Part shown: positions 20,014-29,921 of the stretch, piece after piece
Layout: each line of letters opens with the position of its first letter
Numbering within the stretch: the stretch's first letter is position 1
Source of the DNA: Bacteroidales bacterium
Lineage (GTDB): Bacteria > Bacteroidota > Bacteroidia > Bacteroidales > GCA-2748055
DNA length: 64,000 nt
Direction of reading: 5' to 3'
Assembly (NCBI GenBank): GCA_029931975.1
Contig: JAOZQY010000016.1
Location: 348 to 64,347 of the forward strand
Program-made: the position numbers and the translations under genes
Notes under the pieces: model-generated
Told to the model about the DNA's origin: nothing
The model's input: only the letters and a program-made list of their open reading frames with translations
Database searches by the model: none

Positions 20014-21465
20014 ATGCTTAAACAGAGGCTTCAGCAAAAATTACTGCAAAAATTATCTCCCCAGCAGATTCAGATGATCAAGCTGCTGGAGATTCCTGCC
20101 ATACAACTGGAGCAGCGGATCAAGAAGGAGCTCGAGGAAAATCCTGTCCTGGAAGAGGGAGCCGACGAGGGTCCTCTTGGCGACGAGGAGGAAATCAAAG
20201 AGGAGCAGACAAACGATCAGCTGGAGGAGTTTTCCCTGGAAGATTATATACAGGACGATGATATCCCCAGTTACAGGCTGAATGCACAGAACTACTCTTC
20301 TGATGAAAAACGGGAGGAGATCCCTTTTTCAATGGGGAATTCCTTTCACGAACAGCTTAAGAGCCAGCTCGGACTCAGAAATCTCACCGAGGAGCAGGAG
20401 ATACTGGCCGAATATATTCTTGGAAATATAGATGATGATGGATACCTGCGTCGGGAGATGGAGGCCATCGCTGACGATCTGGCCTTTTCGGCCGGACTGG
20501 AGGTTTCATATGAAGCCTTGCATGAGGTGCTGATGATTATCCAGGAGTTTGATCCTGCCGGGGTGGGAGCCAGAAACCTGCAGGAGTGTCTCTTACTCCA
20601 GATAGCGAGAAAGAATCTGGAGGATCCGGTTATAAAGCTGGCGCGGACTATCCTGAAAAATAATTTCGAGGAATTTACCAATAAGCATTATGACAAGATC
20701 ATCCAGCGGCTGAATATAGCGGAAGAAGAGCTTAAAATTGCTCTGGATGAAATCTTAAGACTCAACCCCAAGCCGGGAGGAGCCATGGGCGATTCACAGA
20801 ATAAGTCCTTTCACCATATTGTTCCCGATTTTATCCTGGAAGAAAGTGAGGGGAATCTGCAGCTTTATCTGAATTCAAACAATGTGCCTGAACTCAGGCT
20901 AAGCAGGACCTATTCTGATATGTTTGAGAGTTACAACGCCAATAAGTCATCGGCCAGTAAGGATGAAAAGGATGCCATTACCTTTGTGAAGCAGAAACTG
21001 GATTCGGCCAGGTGGTTTATTGATGCAATCAGGCAGCGGCAGAACACCATGTTGCTGACTATGAATGCGATCCTGGCATACCAGAAGGATTATTTTTATG
21101 AGGGGGATGAGACCAGGATGAGGCCTATGATTCTTAAGGACATAGCGGATATGACCGGTCTTGATATATCCACAATTTCAAGGGTGGTGAACAGTAAATA
21201 TATACAGACGCATTTTGGAATTTATGCACTGAAATACTTCTTTTCAGAAGGAATGCAAACCGATAGCGGAGAAGAGGTTTCCACCAGGGAAATTAAGAAG
21301 ATCCTACAGGACTGCATCGATGGCGAAGAGAAGCGTAAGCCACTTACGGACGATCGCTTATCGACCATTTTGAATGAAAAGGGGTACCAGATTGCAAGGC
21401 GCACGGTGGCTAAATACAGGGAACAGCTTGGATTGCCGGTGGCCCGGTTGAGGAAGGAATTATAA
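20014..21465 (+). CDS. rpoN: RNA polymerase sigma-54 factor
   Basis: 483 aa. N-terminal Q/L-rich region I (LKQRLQQKLLQKLSPQQIQ), an acidic linker, and a C-terminal RpoN box (ARRTVAKYREQLGLP). Confidence 0.95.
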   Translation: MLKQRLQQKLLQKLSPQQIQMIKLLEIPAIQLEQRIKKELEENPVLEEGADEGPLGDEEEIKEEQTNDQLEEFSLEDYIQDDDIPSYRLNAQNYSSDEKREEIPFSMGNSFHEQLKSQLGLRNLTEEQEILAEYILGNIDDDGYLRREMEAIADDLAFSAGLEVSYEALHEVLMIIQEFDPAGVGARNLQECLLLQIARKNLEDPVIKLARTILKNNFEEFTNKHYDKIIQRLNIAEEELKIALDEILRLNPKPGGAMGDSQNKSFHHIVPDFILEESEGNLQLYLNSNNVPELRLSRTYSDMFESYNANKSSASKDEKDAITFVKQKLDSARWFIDAIRQRQNTMLLTMNAILAYQKDYFYEGDETRMRPMILKDIADMTGLDISTISRVVNSKYIQTHFGIYALKYFFSEGMQTDSGEEVSTREIKKILQDCIDGEEKRKPLTDDRLSTILNEKGYQIARRTVAKYREQLGLPVARLRKEL

Positions 21466-21472
21466 CACGTAT

Positions 21473-22075
21473 ATGAAAAAAGTCGTCTCCCTTATCTCCT
21501 ACCTGTTTCATCCCTTGCTTATGCCCTCCCTGGGGCTGCTTATTATGCTGAACTCGGGTACCTATCTTTCATTGCTCGATCCGGCTGCCAAGCGCGCAAT
21601 ATTGTTTGTGATGGCACTGGGAACCCTGGTCTTTCCTCTGATGATGCTCCCGATTCTTCAATACAGGAACCTGGTCGTTAAGAACGGGGAGTCTACCCGG
21701 GAAGAGCGTTTGGTTCCCCAAATCATTATCCTGGTGCTCTACATTATCACTTTGGTTTATTTCAGGCGGCTCCCTTTGAGTCAGGCCATCCAGGCATATG
21801 TGCTTTCAGTAAACCTGACACTTTTCATGGTGATCCTGATAAATTTAAAGTTCAGGGTCAGTGTTCATGCAGCTGCCCTTGGTGGATTATGCGGATTGAT
21901 TATTGTCCTTATGCTTCTCTATGAAACGCCGCTTGAGGGTTTGCTGATGCTTACGCTTTTAGCCAGTGGTATTTCCGGTAGTGCAAGGATGGCTCTGGGG
22001 AATGGCTGGACTGAGATTCTGACTGGTTTTATCCTTGGCCTGGGCGTAGTTCTAGTGACGATTCTGGTGTTTTAG
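21473..22075 (+). CDS. hypothetical polytopic membrane protein (possibly a degenerate PAP2-like fold)
   Basis: 200 aa with about 6 hydrophobic segments. Starts 7 nt after rpoN. RVSVHAAALGG ... GSARMALGNGW weakly recalls PAP2 motifs 2 and 3, but the motif-3 His is absent. Confidence 0.5.
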   Translation: MKKVVSLISYLFHPLLMPSLGLLIMLNSGTYLSLLDPAAKRAILFVMALGTLVFPLMMLPILQYRNLVVKNGESTREERLVPQIIILVLYIITLVYFRRLPLSQAIQAYVLSVNLTLFMVILINLKFRVSVHAAALGGLCGLIIVLMLLYETPLEGLLMLTLLASGISGSARMALGNGWTEILTGFILGLGVVLVTILVF

Positions 22076-22451
22076 TCTCCTCTTTCTTTTCTTCTTTCTT
22101 GTTGTTTTCATCCAGCATAACATTTAGCTTAATCAACACATCATTGTAGACCTGATCAAGCAGTTCCGGATTTCGGGTGTAAACAATAATGGTAGTATCA
22201 AACTTCTGGCGGCTCACCTCGTATTTTTCCAGGATCGGTGAGAGTATATCGATGCTGTCCACTTCAAATTTTCTGTGAAATATCATGTCGTTGGTAACCC
22301 CGTCGGCCAGGTGAATATCCACCAGTATATCCACTAGCACATCACGTTTTATAAACGCCTTTCCATTGATACTCATTTCCTTATGACATGCGCTCAAGGC
22401 TAGTATCAGAAGGAGGATGAAGATCGTCGGAACAGGAAGTCGGATGGTCAT
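22029..22451 (-). CDS. DUF4296-like lipoprotein
   Basis: 140 aa. Lipobox LALSAC, DILVDIHLADGV as remembered from DUF4296, and a K/E-rich tail. Its start overlaps the upstream gene's stop (TAATG). Confidence 0.6.
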   Translation of the reverse strand: MTIRLPVPTIFILLLILALSACHKEMSINGKAFIKRDVLVDILVDIHLADGVTNDMIFHRKFEVDSIDILSPILEKYEVSRQKFDTTIIVYTRNPELLDQVYNDVLIKLNVMLDENNKKEEKKEETKTPESSLELRPGQG

Positions 22452-23347
22452 TATTTGATATCATTAAAACGATAACCTATCATGATCTCATGGGATCCGG
22501 TCTGGTACTTTCGGAGGGAGGAGATGCCAATGTCGTAGGAGTAACCAAAGAAGAGGGTTTCATCAAAGCTGTAACCCAGCAGGATCCCTATGGCCTCACT
22601 GTAACGATACGAAACAGCTGCCCACAACATCTTCTGCCATTCGACCCTGGCGGTCAGATCAAAACCCAGCTCTTTTGGAGCAGTACCCTTGATCATCAGG
22701 GAGGGCTCGACGAGCCAGTCCTCATTGATCCAGTAACGGTAAGCCCCGATCAGGTTAATATGACTTTTCAGGCGGTTCACCCCATCCTTATTGTCAAAGA
22801 TTTTTACACTGTTATTTAAAAGCTGGGCCACTGAAAGTCCCACATAGAACTCATCGGCATAGAGGTAAAGGCCAAGTCCGGCATCGGGCAGGTATGAAGT
22901 ACTGACTACCGAGAGAATGCTGGGATCGCTTACATCTGCGGGATTAAGTTGTGTTCCGTCGATGCGGTACTGCATGATGCTGGCAGACAAACCCATGGAA
23001 AGTCGTATATCGCCTGTAATTGCAATATTATAGGCGTAGCTTCCTGTGATTCCTGCCCTGCTGGTGGGTCCGGTAACATCGTTGTAGACATATCCCCCGT
23101 AACCCATATCAAGTTTGTTGTGCGGACCATAGAAGGCGATGGAATTTGTCATTGGAGGGTCCATGAGTCCCACCCACTGGAACCTGTGGTTGGTTCGGAT
23201 CTGATAGTAATCATAAACACCGGCAATGGCCGGGTTGATCACAAAATCATTGAACATGTACTGTGTATAGTGAGGCATCTGCTGCGCCTTTAATCCGGTC
23301 GAACATGCAATGATTGTGAACAATATGATGTATTTAACCCGTCTCAT
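22451..23347 (-). CDS. sprF: PorP/SprF family type IX secretion system membrane protein
   Basis: 298 aa. Signal peptide ending KAQQ, then the family N-terminal motif MPHYTQYMFNDFVINPAIAG. C-terminal TGSHEIMIGYRF. Starts 1 nt after the adhesin stop. Confidence 0.85.
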   Translation of the reverse strand: MRRVKYIILFTIIACSTGLKAQQMPHYTQYMFNDFVINPAIAGVYDYYQIRTNHRFQWVGLMDPPMTNSIAFYGPHNKLDMGYGGYVYNDVTGPTSRAGITGSYAYNIAITGDIRLSMGLSASIMQYRIDGTQLNPADVSDPSILSVVSTSYLPDAGLGLYLYADEFYVGLSVAQLLNNSVKIFDNKDGVNRLKSHINLIGAYRYWINEDWLVEPSLMIKGTAPKELGFDLTARVEWQKMLWAAVSYRYSEAIGILLGYSFDETLFFGYSYDIGISSLRKYQTGSHEIMIGYRFNDIK

Positions 23348-23348
23348 G

Positions 23349-26300
23349 CTACCTGATTATTGTTACGTTACCGGAAATAGGCTTGGCTCCCGGGTAGGGG
23401 ACAATAATATAATAGTATGTACCAAGAGGTGCCTCCTTTCCCCGCGCAGTACCATCCCACTCGTTTCCACTGCCATATCCCACAGTTGAAAAGATTAGAT
23501 CGCCCCATCTGGTGTACACTTCTACCAGCATTTCCGGATAACGTTCTACATTTCTAATTTCAAAATATTCGTTTATGCCATCTCCATTGGGTGAGAAAAC
23601 ATTGTAGGCTTTTAGATCCTCGATGAAGTCCACATAAACAGAATCCATCTCTTCGCAGCCATACTCATTGATGGCATACACATAGTACCTGGTTGATTCC
23701 GGGGGTGTGGCAATGGGGTCGGGTACGGTGGCATTATCAAGTCCCACTTCAGGTTCCCACCTGTAAATCTCAAAGGGTCCACCGTAGGCTTCTAGTTGAA
23801 CGGAAGCTCCGGCTAAAACAAAGGTGTCCTGGCTTGCTTCCAGTCCAACCGACGGGTATAAGTCCACTCGTACAGAATCGATGTTATAGCAATGATAAAT
23901 ACTGGCTGTTTCAGTAACTGTCAGCACAAAAGTGTTTGCTGAGGTCATCACTGATGTCTCCGGGTCAAATATGCTCTCATCTGAGAGGAAGGGCGATGGA
24001 TCCCAGGAGGGTGTTCCCGAGCCTGAGCCCTGCAACTGAACAGAACCTCCTGAGCAGACCGCAACATCATCTCCTGCATCAGCTACAACAGTTACCTCAC
24101 TGTTTACTGCAATATTTAAGGTCCTGGAACAGTTATTGTCATCTGTTACGACCACTGTGTAAACTCCAGAGAGGACGTTGGAACGGTCCTCTGTTGTGTC
24201 ACCGTCGGCCCAGAGATAGGAAAATGTACCCGAACCTCCCGATACGTTAATATCTATATAGCCCGTTGGGCTGAAAGCGTTGCATTCCGCACGGTTAACT
24301 GAATTATTAAAAACAATCTTAGCCGGTTCTGTGATATAGATTGCCCCGGTGAAGACTTTCCCGGAATCGTCCTGGGCCACCAAAAAATAGGTGCTATTGC
24401 CCCTGAGGTTTACAAAAAGCGGATCGGGCTGAAAGATGACTCCGCTATCGATGGAGTACAGGACAGCTCCTTCAGCATCCTGGGGAATAAATTCAATGGA
24501 TCCGTCGCCGGCTCCATAACAGCTTACATGAGAAACGTTGATCAGCACATCCAGTGGCGGTGTATCCAGGATCTCTACCGTTGTCTTAAAAAAACATCCG
24601 GCCACGTCCCTTACGATTACCTGATAGATACCAAGAGCCAGATCGGCATAAAAAGTTGTCGAAGTAAAAGGTCCGTCAGTACCGTTGATGGAGTATTCAT
24701 AGGGGGGCGTTCCGCCGCTTACATTTGAAATATTAATGGTCCCCAGGTTTCCGTAAACGGCATCTGTTTTTTCAACAGTGGCCATTATGGGGGCAGGTTC
24801 GGTAATTATTGTAGTGTCGGTTATGGAACAGGCATTCATATCCCGGATCCAGACAATATATTCCCCTGCGGCCAGGCCATTAAAGGTGCCGGTGTCTTGG
24901 TAGCTTGCATTGTCCAGGGAGAATTCAATACTGCCTGTTCCGCCGCTTGCAGTAACTTCAAGGCTTCCGTTTGTATCTCCGTTGCATCCGCTTACATCTG
25001 TGACAACGATATTGGTGATCGCCAGGGGTGGAGGAGCAAGAATCTCCACCATAGTATCAAGGGTACAGGTGTTGTCATCTATAAGAGTAAGAAGATGGGT
25101 TCCTCCAGGAAGATTCAGAAAATCTTCTGAAGCTTGCGGAGGAGCACCGTTAAGTGAATAGTTTATATTGCCGGTACCTCCTGTTCCGCTAATTGAAAGA
25201 CTTCCCTCTGCTGCATACGAACAGGAGGAGATATCTGTTTGGGTATAGGAAGCAATCTGAAGGAGCGGAGGTTCAACAAGCACATTCAGCATACCATTTT
25301 TAAGGCATCCGCTAGCATCTCTGACCACTGTCTGGTAAGTTCCGGGAGCCAGGCCGCTAAAAAAGTTGTTAGAATAGAAATCAGTTCCCGCGTTGATGGA
25401 ATATTCATAAGGTGCGAGTCCACCCGATACGCCGTTTATTGAAATCTCACCCTGCAGAGCTCCATGGCACAGGTAGCTGGCGATTTCTTCAGGGATCAGG
25501 ATCTCATCAGGTTCCAGGATGGTGATGGTGTCTGTAATCACGCAGGCATTTCCATCTCGGGTCCAAATGGTATAGAGTCCGGGGATAAGCGGTCCAAAGG
25601 TATCTCCTGCCTGATAGGTGGAACCATCGCTGGAATATTCATAGGATCCGGAACCTCCATTGGCAGTAACTGTAATGTTGCCGTTATCACCTTCGAAGCA
25701 GCCTATATCTGTTTTAGCCAGGTCAGCTTCCAGAAGCGGAGGTTCTGTAATGATGGCCAGATCGGCAAAGGTGAATACACAGCCATTGTCATCGGTGACA
25801 AGCAGAGAATAGGTTCCGGCCGGTAGTCCTGCTGGATCCTCCAGATCTGAAACAGTAGTTCCCGAACTATTGGTCCAGTCAAAGAGGTAGGGACCCTGCC
25901 CTCCACTTACATCAATCTCGATTGAACCACTGGAATCTCCATGGCACAGCACATCCACATGGAATACATAGCTGGCTGACACAGAAGAAGGTTCAATGAT
26001 GGTTTCCTGGTCGGGGAAGTTATATACACAATTGTTGCCATCGGTAATGGTCAGACTGTATGACCCGGCTTCAAGTTCGGTTAGATCCTCTGTTGTTGCA
26101 GTAAATCCCGAGGGTCCGGCCCATGCAAAAACGTAGGGAAGAGTTCCGCCATTCACTGTTATATCAATGGCTCCATCGCTGAGCCCCCCGCAGGAAATAT
26201 CAGTTTTCACAGCCGGGGCCAGAAGTTCGGCCGTTTCATTGATGGTGGCCATATCTGCAAAGTGTACCGGGCATCCGTTAAGGTCTGTGATGGTGACATT

Positions 26301-28553
26301 GTAGGTCCCTGCCTCCAGGTTTATGAGATCTTCTGTGTTTGCAGTGTATCCCGATGGTCCGGTCCATGCAAACCCATAAGGTGCTGTGCCCCCAACTACT
26401 GTCAGATCTACGGAACCATCTCCGGCTCCAAAACAGTCGATATCCACCTGGGTACTCGAAGCAGTAAGAAGCGGGGGAATATCAATTACCTGAGTATTCA
26501 TAAGCTGTGTACAGCCAAGGATATCGCTTACTTCCAGCACATAGGAGCCGGGTTCGAGTCCGGAGATATCCTCGGTGTTGGCTGTGAATCCGTTGGGTCC
26601 GCTCCATGAAAAGGAATAAGCACCGGCACCTCCCGAAATGCTTGCATCGATGACGCCATCGTTACTGGGGAAGGGTTCTCCGCAGCTCAGGTTAGTAGGA
26701 TCAAAGGAGGCTGTTATAATTGTATTTTCAGTAATAGTTACGAATCCAGGAAAATTACGAGTACATCCGAGGGCATCCGTAAGTGTCAGGCTGTAAGCTC
26801 CGGCTGCCAGTTCTGAAATATCTTCGCTTGTGGCAGTGAAGCCATCAGGACCCGACCAATCAAAGCTGTATGCAGGCGTACCTCCAAAGGGTGTGATGTC
26901 AATGGCCCCGTTTGTTTCTCCATTACAATTCACATGGGTTACCAGATCGATTGTCAGATCCAGCTGGGGGGGTTCACCAATGGTAACCAGGCTAAAGAAT
27001 CCAGAAGTACAAATATTGTTGTCAATGATCACCAGGTCATAGGTGTCAGGAGGCAGATTATCAGGATCCTCCACATTGGAAGTAAATCCCGTTACAACAC
27101 CGACCCATGAAAAGGCGTAAGGAGGAGTCCCGCCTGTGGCCGTTACCTGGACAGCACCGTTGCTGCCTCCAAAACAGGAGACGTCGCTCGATACATCCAC
27201 AGTGAGGTCTAAAACTTCAGGTTCGATGATGGTAAGCACATCGGAAAACATACGTGAACAGGAATGGTTATCCGCAAGGTTCAGGGTATACACATCGGCA
27301 GGCATTCCCGTTGGATCTTCTTCCGTGGAGGTGTAGCCCGATGTAGTTCCTATCCAGGAGAATGAATAATTAGGCATTCCCCCGGCGGCTGTAATCTGAG
27401 CCGAGCCATCAGTTCCGCCATTACAACTAACCGGATCGAAGGAATCAATGAGGATGCTCAGGGGGTCCGGTTCACTCATGGTTAGGAAAGAAGTAAAGGT
27501 TCTTGAACACCCGGAGCCATCTGTAATGCTCAGATCATATATGTCGGCCACCAGATTGGTGGGGTCCTCATCATTGGAAATCAGTCCATTGGTTTGACCG
27601 ATCCACGAATAGAAATATCCACCGGCACCTCCGTTTGTGCTAATGGATGCTGTTCCGTTGTTCTCCCCATGGCAAATGACCTCTGTACTGGCATCCAGGA
27701 ATGCATTGATCTGAGTGGGCTGACCTACGGTATAGGGTCCCATCATGGAAGAACAGCCGTTCCCGTCGGTGATGCTTACAAAGTAATCTCCGGCTTCCAG
27801 GGATGATATGTCTTCATCGATTGAGTTGAAGCCTGAAGGGCCGGACCACAAATAAGTATAGCCTGTACCCGAACCTGAGGGTGTTCCCCCGCCGGGTGTG
27901 ATGGCGATGGATCCTGAAAATTCCCCGAAACAGCCCGCATCAATGATAGCATCTACCGTGGCGGAAACAGGAGAAGGGTTATTAATGGTAATGCCGGGGG
28001 TAATATCGCTAGTAGTACAGACCGCATCCCGGGCAGTAACTGTATAGACTCCAGGGAGTAATCCGGTAAAGCTTCCCGAGGAATTACTTTCATTTTCCGG
28101 TCCCGCCAGATCGAACAGGTGGTTTTCTGTCTCCCCGCTGGCAGTAACAGTAATGGTTCCGTCATCGAAATTGTTACAGGTGAGGTCTGTGGCACCATAG
28201 TAGGTAATAAGGATTGGATCTGGACCATCCACAATAGCTGACATATATGAAACATCTTCCAGGCTGTCCTGAACAGCTATAAGATATAAGCTGTACTTCC
28301 TTCGCCCGACCGAGGTAACCGATGGTCCGGAGGTAACTCCAAAATCCACAGGCAGTCCGACCCCTTCATAAATAAACCAGCTGTACGGACCAACTCCTCC
28401 CGATATGTCGAAGGAGATGGTTCCCCCCGTTCCGTCTGAACAGGTGGTTGGGGTAGTGGTAACGTTGGAAATAGTAAGTACCTGAGCCGACAGGGCTATG
28501 AAGGATGTTGCAACAACAAGGACTAAAAATATACTATACCTGAATGCTTTCAT
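23349..28553 (-). CDS. SprB-repeat cell-surface adhesin with a T9SS type-B (gliding-motility-associated) C-terminal sorting domain
   Basis: 1734 aa with a signal peptide. About 18 modules of the C.G...G.I...V.GG..PY.Y.W...G....ED...L..G.Y...I.D..GC pattern. C-terminus is YNVFSPNGDGINEYFEI...GTYYYII...GNVTIIR. Confidence 0.88.
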   Translation of the reverse strand: MKAFRYSIFLVLVVATSFIALSAQVLTISNVTTTPTTCSDGTGGTISFDISGGVGPYSWFIYEGVGLPVDFGVTSGPSVTSVGRRKYSLYLIAVQDSLEDVSYMSAIVDGPDPILITYYGATDLTCNNFDDGTITVTASGETENHLFDLAGPENESNSSGSFTGLLPGVYTVTARDAVCTTSDITPGITINNPSPVSATVDAIIDAGCFGEFSGSIAITPGGGTPSGSGTGYTYLWSGPSGFNSIDEDISSLEAGDYFVSITDGNGCSSMMGPYTVGQPTQINAFLDASTEVICHGENNGTASISTNGGAGGYFYSWIGQTNGLISNDEDPTNLVADIYDLSITDGSGCSRTFTSFLTMSEPDPLSILIDSFDPVSCNGGTDGSAQITAAGGMPNYSFSWIGTTSGYTSTEEDPTGMPADVYTLNLADNHSCSRMFSDVLTIIEPEVLDLTVDVSSDVSCFGGSNGAVQVTATGGTPPYAFSWVGVVTGFTSNVEDPDNLPPDTYDLVIIDNNICTSGFFSLVTIGEPPQLDLTIDLVTHVNCNGETNGAIDITPFGGTPAYSFDWSGPDGFTATSEDISELAAGAYSLTLTDALGCTRNFPGFVTITENTIITASFDPTNLSCGEPFPSNDGVIDASISGGAGAYSFSWSGPNGFTANTEDISGLEPGSYVLEVSDILGCTQLMNTQVIDIPPLLTASSTQVDIDCFGAGDGSVDLTVVGGTAPYGFAWTGPSGYTANTEDLINLEAGTYNVTITDLNGCPVHFADMATINETAELLAPAVKTDISCGGLSDGAIDITVNGGTLPYVFAWAGPSGFTATTEDLTELEAGSYSLTITDGNNCVYNFPDQETIIEPSSVSASYVFHVDVLCHGDSSGSIEIDVSGGQGPYLFDWTNSSGTTVSDLEDPAGLPAGTYSLLVTDDNGCVFTFADLAIITEPPLLEADLAKTDIGCFEGDNGNITVTANGGSGSYEYSSDGSTYQAGDTFGPLIPGLYTIWTRDGNACVITDTITILEPDEILIPEEIASYLCHGALQGEISINGVSGGLAPYEYSINAGTDFYSNNFFSGLAPGTYQTVVRDASGCLKNGMLNVLVEPPLLQIASYTQTDISSCSYAAEGSLSISGTGGTGNINYSLNGAPPQASEDFLNLPGGTHLLTLIDDNTCTLDTMVEILAPPPLAITNIVVTDVSGCNGDTNGSLEVTASGGTGSIEFSLDNASYQDTGTFNGLAAGEYIVWIRDMNACSITDTTIITEPAPIMATVEKTDAVYGNLGTINISNVSGGTPPYEYSINGTDGPFTSTTFYADLALGIYQVIVRDVAGCFFKTTVEILDTPPLDVLINVSHVSCYGAGDGSIEFIPQDAEGAVLYSIDSGVIFQPDPLFVNLRGNSTYFLVAQDDSGKVFTGAIYITEPAKIVFNNSVNRAECNAFSPTGYIDINVSGGSGTFSYLWADGDTTEDRSNVLSGVYTVVVTDDNNCSRTLNIAVNSEVTVVADAGDDVAVCSGGSVQLQGSGSGTPSWDPSPFLSDESIFDPETSVMTSANTFVLTVTETASIYHCYNIDSVRVDLYPSVGLEASQDTFVLAGASVQLEAYGGPFEIYRWEPEVGLDNATVPDPIATPPESTRYYVYAINEYGCEEMDSVYVDFIEDLKAYNVFSPNGDGINEYFEIRNVERYPEMLVEVYTRWGDLIFSTVGYGSGNEWDGTARGKEAPLGTYYYIIVPYPGAKPISGNVTIIR
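24129..28442 (-). repeat. about 18 tandem SprB-type repeat modules (about 70-90 aa each) within the adhesin gene
   Basis: Counted by eye from the recurring Cys...GG.(P)Y.(F/Y).W...GC pattern between aa 38 and 1475. Confidence 0.75.
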
Positions 28554-28679
28554 ATAAACTCAAATTCGTTCCGCTACCAATGAAACAAGGATCATCTCTT
28601 ATTGGTTGCAACACTACCGGCTAATGAACCCGGATCGCTATAAAATTAGAAGTTCTGGTAATAAGAGAGATGCAAAGTT

Positions 28680-29921
28680 TTAAACAATTCCACCCCTTTC
28701 CAGGGAGGCCAGATACTTTTTAGAGATCTGTTGAACCGGGTACCTTGCAGCAAATAGTCCGATTACAAGTACAGTTATCCATATCAGGAAGATGTCAAAC
28801 GATTCTATTTGAACAGGATAGGAGTCAATAATAAAGGAACCGCTACCTGTGAGTTTTATTACTCCAAATCGTTGCTGGACCCAGCTGATGGCGGTCCCCA
28901 GGAAAAGTCCGCTTATACTACCAATGATTGAAATGAGCCAGCCCTCCATCAGAAAGACGCTTTTAATCAGCCTGTTACCAGCTCCCATATTGCGCAGAGT
29001 CAGAATATCTTTTTTCTTGTCGATAATTAGCATGGATAAAGAGCCAATCACATTAAAGGAGGCGATAATCAGTATAAAGGTCAGTATGAGGAATATGGCC
29101 CATTTTTCCGATCTCATCACCCGGTAGAACAATTCATTCTGTTGTTCCCTGTTTTTCACCTGGAAGCCTTCTCCCATCAGGGCCTGGATCTCTTTCTGGA
29201 CTCCATCGGCAGGAAAACCGGGATCCAGTTTCACTTCCAGGTGGCTTACCTCCGACAGGTAGGAGAGCAGCTGCCGGGCAAAGTCAATGGAAGTGATAAT
29301 GTATTTGGAATCGTAGTCCTGCTCAATGAGAAAAATTCCGGACGGGTAGAGAAAGTCTCGTCGAATGGATTCCTCAGGCTGTGACATATTGATTTTGGCG
29401 GTACGATCGATGGTATAAACATACAGGGGATTGATAAAGTTGAGACCGATACCGAGGCTGTAGGCCACGCCCTGGCCCACCACCGCATAAGATCTGTTTC
29501 GATCCTTCAGTTTCATTTCTCCGTCATAGATCATGGAATCGAGACCGCTTACATCTCTGAAAGCCTCATCCACACCTTTAATGGTGGCAATGTGCTGCTT
29601 ATCGTTATACAACAACAACACATTCTCTTCCAGCGCTTCAGACAGAGCAGCAACTCCCGGAAGCGCAAGTATGGCACTGGATTTTTCCGGATCGGGAGTA
29701 AAGGTCTTTCCCTCGGTGGCAGAAATTTGAATATCTGGATCGAAGGTATTAAAGAGCGATTTTACTACCGAGTCGAATCCGTTAAAAACAGAAAGGACTA
29801 TCACAAGGGCCATGGTACCCGTGGCAATACCCAGGATGGAGATGCCGGAGATGATATTGATTGCATTCTGGGACTTCTTCCCGAGAAGGTAGCGCCTCGC
29901 TATATAAAAGGAGAGGTTCAC
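28680..29921 (-). CDS. ABC transporter permease, FtsX/LolC-LolE family
   Basis: 413 aa. N-terminal FYIARRYLLGKK, TM1, a large periplasmic loop, and 3 C-terminal TM segments. GTG start overlaps the upstream stop (GTGA). Confidence 0.82.
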   Translation of the reverse strand: MNLSFYIARRYLLGKKSQNAINIISGISILGIATGTMALVIVLSVFNGFDSVVKSLFNTFDPDIQISATEGKTFTPDPEKSSAILALPGVAALSEALEENVLLLYNDKQHIATIKGVDEAFRDVSGLDSMIYDGEMKLKDRNRSYAVVGQGVAYSLGIGLNFINPLYVYTIDRTAKINMSQPEESIRRDFLYPSGIFLIEQDYDSKYIITSIDFARQLLSYLSEVSHLEVKLDPGFPADGVQKEIQALMGEGFQVKNREQQNELFYRVMRSEKWAIFLILTFILIIASFNVIGSLSMLIIDKKKDILTLRNMGAGNRLIKSVFLMEGWLISIIGSISGLFLGTAISWVQQRFGVIKLTGSGSFIIDSYPVQIESFDIFLIWITVLVIGLFAARYPVQQISKKYLASLERGGIV

